31,230 nt of DNA, taken from sequence record SRR20825019_361. One strand, written 5' to 3'. A model generated the notes under the pieces. It saw only the letters and a list, made by a program, of their open reading frames with translations, was not told the origin of the DNA and made no database searches. Numbering within the stretch: position 1 is the first letter of the stretch; every line of letters begins with the position of its first letter. Below are positions 27,761-31,230 of the stretch, piece after piece. Made by a program: the position numbers and the translations under genes.

Positions 27761-27870
27761 CAGGTCGAAATTAATAGAGCAACATGACCTCAAACGAGTT
27801 GTCTTTAGAACTAAAAAGACAACTATGGAGCAGTTATCATTTGCCAGTTTAATGGCTTCAAGCACTTACC

Positions 27871-28467
27871 TTGAAGATTAAGTTTGAAGAACTCATCACA
27901 GGTTTTTTAGAAGAACGTGTTGGGATATCAAATCAATTTTTGAGTGAAGACTTAGCATCAAATCTAAGAATCAATTTACTTGCGCTTTGTGAAGAGGAAG
28001 CACTAGAACATGCAGGCATTGGAAATGATCATTTACTCACCCTCGATAAAAAAATCAGAAGAGACAAGATCTTTTGGCTCGACAAGGCGAATAATAACGA
28101 GCATGAGTTTACTTTCTTTAATTTGATCGAGTCATTCATTGAGTACTTGAACAAAACGTGCTTTACAGGGATAAAAAGTTATGAGTTTCATTACGCATTG
28201 TATGAAGAGGGGGGATTCTATAAACGTCATTTGGATCAATTTAAAACGAACGACGGAAGAGCCTTTTCTATGATTATGTATCTTAATGACAAGTGGTCGG
28301 AAACGGACGGGGGAGAACTCAAATTATACCAGGAAACAGGAATTCAAATAATCTCACCCGAAAATCAAAAATGCGTGTTCTTCAAAAGCGATGAAATTGA
28401 GCATGAAGTGTTATTGTCGCATTTTCCCAGGATGAGTGTAACAGGATGGCTGAAAACATCTATTTAG
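27871..28467 (+). CDS. 2OG-Fe(II) oxygenase (prolyl-hydroxylase/SM-20-like)
   Basis: IRRDKIFW, YKRHLD (HxD), YLN..W...DGGEL, HEV, RMS; TTG start. Confidence 0.88.
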   Translation: MKIKFEELITGFLEERVGISNQFLSEDLASNLRINLLALCEEEALEHAGIGNDHLLTLDKKIRRDKIFWLDKANNNEHEFTFFNLIESFIEYLNKTCFTGIKSYEFHYALYEEGGFYKRHLDQFKTNDGRAFSMIMYLNDKWSETDGGELKLYQETGIQIISPENQKCVFFKSDEIEHEVLLSHFPRMSVTGWLKTSI

Positions 28468-28484
28468 AAATGAACTAGAGTCTT

Positions 28485-28504
28485 TCCAGCTTCGCTGGAT
28501 TTGT
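28485..28504 (+). terminator. Short hairpin, possible terminator of the oxygenase gene
   Basis: TCCAGC-TTC-GCTGGA then TTTGT; weak U tract. Confidence 0.45.
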
Positions 28505-28523
28505 AATTCTGCGTTAACAAAAT
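28498..28523. repeat. 26-bp direct repeat, copy 1
   Basis: GATTTGTAATTCTGCGTTAACAAAAT; 25/26 identical to 31205-31230. Confidence 0.9.
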
Positions 28524-28582
28524 TAGATGTAATTCCTAAAATAAAAGTGGAGGTAACGGAAATTCGGGTGGAGCAAAACTTG

Positions 28583-28612
28583 AAAAAGGCAGCCAAGAAC
28601 TGACTGCCTTTT
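28583..28612 (-). terminator. Intrinsic terminator of the T9SS-cargo operon
   Basis: Minus strand AAAAGGCAGTCA-GTTCT-TGGCTGCCTTTTT. Confidence 0.85.
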
Positions 28613-28630
28613 CGAAAGTGATATCTAGGT

Positions 28631-30172
28631 TCACTTTATAGTAAACTTCTCAGTAATTCGCTTATTTCCATTAGTAAATAGAATAAAGTAAACACCAGAT
28701 GAATTCCCCTCTAGTCTTAGCTGGGTTTCATTTGTAAACTCTCCACGCTGAATTATTTGCCCCATAACGGACGTAATGGTATACTGCGTTGGTGTATCAG
28801 TGCCAATTGCTTTTAACACAAAATTACCGTCGTTTGGATTTGGGGATATGAGATAGGTTGTTTCGTTATTGCTGTTTTCAACCATTGTAGAATTGCCTCG
28901 ATTAAAACAAGTAAGATAAATTCTAATCACATCCATATTTTCGTCACACATTCCTTGATTTACCCAAAGAGTATAATCTATGTATGGAAGTCCTGAAAGA
29001 AAGGCTGAATAGGGGATATTCAGATACGGGTAGCAGCTATTGGGATTGATTAACCAAGCATATGCTTCCGGTGGATCAGCGGACCATGTATAGGTTACTT
29101 CACTGCAATCATCTCCAATTTGAGTAAATGGAGGATCATAGCATGATAAAGTAAAATCTTCGCCAGCATTTGCGGTTGCAGCTTTTTGAGCATTACAATG
29201 ACCTTCAATAATATGTGCGTAAAATGAAGTTGTATTATTATCTGCACTAATTGAGAATCCTGGGTGTAGCTCAATTTCTATTCCAGCAAGGTATTCCACG
29301 TCACTTCCGAGTAGTACTTCTACGTCACCATTGGTAGTTGGATAACTTACGTCGTATCCTGCATAAATCGCATCGGCCACAGATTCTATTTCATCCGTCG
29401 AATAAAGTTTGTTCTCAATCCAAGCAACTCTATCACAAGATGCTTGTTGCGAATGTTCAGTAACACTTACATCGTCAATTAAAAAATATACGTCACACAG
29501 GCTTTGATCTACTGGACTCATGCTGGGACTATTCGGAGCGGTGTTCTTTATGTGACCAATGGTAATGAAACGTTCATTCCCTTGCGCCACAATAGTTCCT
29601 GATATTTCTTTCCACGTATGGTTAATAAAGTTTCCAGTTGGGTTAAACACGGAGGTAGAATACTCTGCAGGAGACAATGATACTTGGGATCCAAAACCAC
29701 CTGTTACACTCAAAGGAGCCGCAGAAAGGGTGGCTCCAATACCATCTGTTCCTTCATTGAGATTGTCAACTAACCTAACCCAGAAACTAACGGTATATGT
29801 TTTTCCAGCCTTAAGTTCTGAGCACAATGTTCCTTGTAGGTATTCATAGTAGGAAGCGTGATTAATTACGCAATCATTGCCTCGAAAAGAAATAATACCA
29901 GCTTCTCCTTGACCACTTCGTGGTAAATTATTTGGATACCTATAGAGTGGACTTGAGTTTGCTCCGAAGCACGGATGATAAAAGTCGCATGTTCCATCGC
30001 TTTGAGCAGGTGCCCAAAAGGGAACATTATTGAAATCGTTTATTTCAACTTGAGCTCCTCCCGTATATAAGCATGAATCAGTATTCTCAAACCCAGGATT
30101 GAGCACCAAGTTTTGCGCATTCACTGAGAAGGAAAGAATTGTGATGATTATCCATATACTACTAATCTTCAT
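28631..30172 (-). CDS. T9SS type-A cargo protein (jelly-roll/CBM-like N-domain, 3-coathanger-stack-like segment, Ig/PKD-like domain, CTD)
   Basis: Signal peptide MKISS...VNA-QNLVLNPGFE; AGIEIELHPGF motif; ANAGED; C-terminal ISPNPNDGNF...SGVYFI...TEKFTIK; ATG 30172 overlaps the upstream gene end by 11 nt. Confidence 0.85.
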   Translation of the reverse strand: MKISSIWIIITILSFSVNAQNLVLNPGFENTDSCLYTGGAQVEINDFNNVPFWAPAQSDGTCDFYHPCFGANSSPLYRYPNNLPRSGQGEAGIISFRGNDCVINHASYYEYLQGTLCSELKAGKTYTVSFWVRLVDNLNEGTDGIGATLSAAPLSVTGGFGSQVSLSPAEYSTSVFNPTGNFINHTWKEISGTIVAQGNERFITIGHIKNTAPNSPSMSPVDQSLCDVYFLIDDVSVTEHSQQASCDRVAWIENKLYSTDEIESVADAIYAGYDVSYPTTNGDVEVLLGSDVEYLAGIEIELHPGFSISADNNTTSFYAHIIEGHCNAQKAATANAGEDFTLSCYDPPFTQIGDDCSEVTYTWSADPPEAYAWLINPNSCYPYLNIPYSAFLSGLPYIDYTLWVNQGMCDENMDVIRIYLTCFNRGNSTMVENSNNETTYLISPNPNDGNFVLKAIGTDTPTQYTITSVMGQIIQRGEFTNETQLRLEGNSSGVYFILFTNGNKRITEKFTIK

Positions 30173-30929
30173 GATTCTCCGTTTTAGCAAGTTTGTTTTT
30201 TAGAGATTCAATTTCCTTATTCATCTCAATTAGATATAATGTTAACTCCTCAACTTTTTCAAGAAGTTTGGCATTCATTTCCCCAACGTCTAAACCTTGC
30301 TCTTCCACAATTTTTGCACTTGGAATCCCTGGCAAATGGTTGTTGGTTTGAATGTACGATTCCAAATGAGATAAAGGCATCAGCTCATAACTTGGACTAA
30401 ACACATAATCTGCCCATATTCCAGCTCCAATATCTACTTTCAGTTTTTGTGTTCTGATTCCTTTTTTTACAAATAATCGGTACTCATCACAATCAGAACA
30501 ACCGCTAAAATCGAAAGCGTCACCTATTAGCATATTCGACTTATTCAACCAAAAGTCTCCTCCTTTATGACTGCTGAATTCAAGAATATTTCCATATCCT
30601 CCGCCAAAGTTGTTATACGCAGTAATGTCCCAATTAAGATTTTGACTTTGATCCAAAAATTGAATTCTCGATCGCTGATTGGAAGAATTCGGAACAAAGG
30701 AGATTCCTTCGTCATCATTTGTGGCAATGTGAAGATTGTTTGTAGGAGTATCCGTCCCTATTCCTACTTGTACATTTGGGCAACTCACGAAAATCTTATT
30801 TGGACCAGACGACCAGCTTGGAGATGTTATAACGGGAGGACAAGTCACAGGAAGGGATCCTCCCCCTGATAGCTGACTGAAGCTGAAAGATGAGGATAAA
30901 AGTGCGACGCAAATAATGGTTGTTTTCAT
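30162..30929 (-). CDS. Secreted tail-fibre-like protein with S74-like intramolecular-chaperone / coiled-coil C-terminus
   Basis: Signal peptide, VGIGTDTP..NLHI repeat, WADYVF...HLPGIPSA...GEMNAKLLEKVEELTLYLIE motif. Confidence 0.75.
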   Translation of the reverse strand: MKTTIICVALLSSSFSFSQLSGGGSLPVTCPPVITSPSWSSGPNKIFVSCPNVQVGIGTDTPTNNLHIATNDDEGISFVPNSSNQRSRIQFLDQSQNLNWDITAYNNFGGGYGNILEFSSHKGGDFWLNKSNMLIGDAFDFSGCSDCDEYRLFVKKGIRTQKLKVDIGAGIWADYVFSPSYELMPLSHLESYIQTNNHLPGIPSAKIVEEQGLDVGEMNAKLLEKVEELTLYLIEMNKEIESLKNKLAKTENHED

Positions 30930-31204
30930 AATAAAGAATTAATTAAGTTTTTAGATGCTCTTTTTTGATCAACCAGAAAGAAATACTGGTTGTTTTCTTC
31001 AGTTTCATTTCTGAATTGTAGTTGAAGTCAACGCTTCAAACTTCTATTTTTTAGGAGCAATGAGCATCATTCATTTGGATGATTTTCCCTCTTTCATTGT
31101 GTGAAACACCAAGAATAAGTGCAATTGGATGAGGGATTAAGTGAACCACGCTTAAATTATTCGTGTTGATGCTCAAGAACGTCTAACTTAAAAGCCTGTT
31201 TTAT
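30930..31204 (-). ncRNA. Candidate long structured 5' leader
   Basis: No ORF in the track; several nested inverted repeats (see findings). Confidence 0.35.
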
Positions 31205-31230
31205 GATTTGTAATCCTGCGTTAACAAAAT
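31205..31230. repeat. 26-bp direct repeat, copy 2 (runs to the window edge, may be longer)
   Basis: GATTTGTAATCCTGCGTTAACAAAAT. Confidence 0.9.

Noticed and set aside
30173-30190. TTG start of the T9SS cargo gene
   Set aside because: ATG 30172 begins a clean signal peptide.
1617-30869. Numerous 60-150 aa shadow ORFs overlapping the main genes (e.g. 19265-19693, 26889-27341, 7641-7982, 4413-4622, 28411-28596, 5768-5956)
   Set aside because: They are antisense or off-frame to well-supported genes and show no recognisable motifs.
30162-30929. Prophage remnant
   Set aside because: The tail-fibre-like gene has a Sec signal peptide and no other phage genes are in the window.
28498-31230. CRISPR array, integron attC or Xer dif interpretation of the direct repeat
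   Set aside because: Only two copies 2.7 kb apart, no cas or integrase gene, no long attC-type hairpin, and no match to the TTATGTTAAA XerD arm.

Overview
Bacteroidota chromosomal window, most likely Flavobacteriales, judged from TAnnTTTG -7 promoter elements, a T9SS C-terminal domain and the gene set. The core is a ~12 kb respiratory operon: alternative complex III (actABCDEF, hexaheme ActA) followed by A1-type cytochrome c oxidase subunits II and I. Housekeeping genes lie on both sides (RidA family, rRNA-type methyltransferase, 2-hydroxyacid dehydrogenase, mgtE, O-antigen ligase-like, S41 protease, rnpA, SPOR, ctlX-like, 2OG-Fe(II) oxygenase). Three accessory modules stand out. (1) A membrane-spanning TPR-LuxR one-component regulator is followed by a perfect palindromic operator, a promoter, a strongly structured leader and a secreted beta-helix protein. 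(2) A tandem pair of 192-aa paralogous lipoproteins follows the oxidase genes. (3) A ~2.7 kb two-gene module (tail-fibre-chaperone-like protein plus T9SS cargo) has a long structured leader and is bracketed by a 26-bp direct repeat that overlaps a promoter -7 motif. No rRNA, tRNA, CRISPR array, transposase or integrase was seen. All calls come from reading the sequence by eye; no database searches were run.
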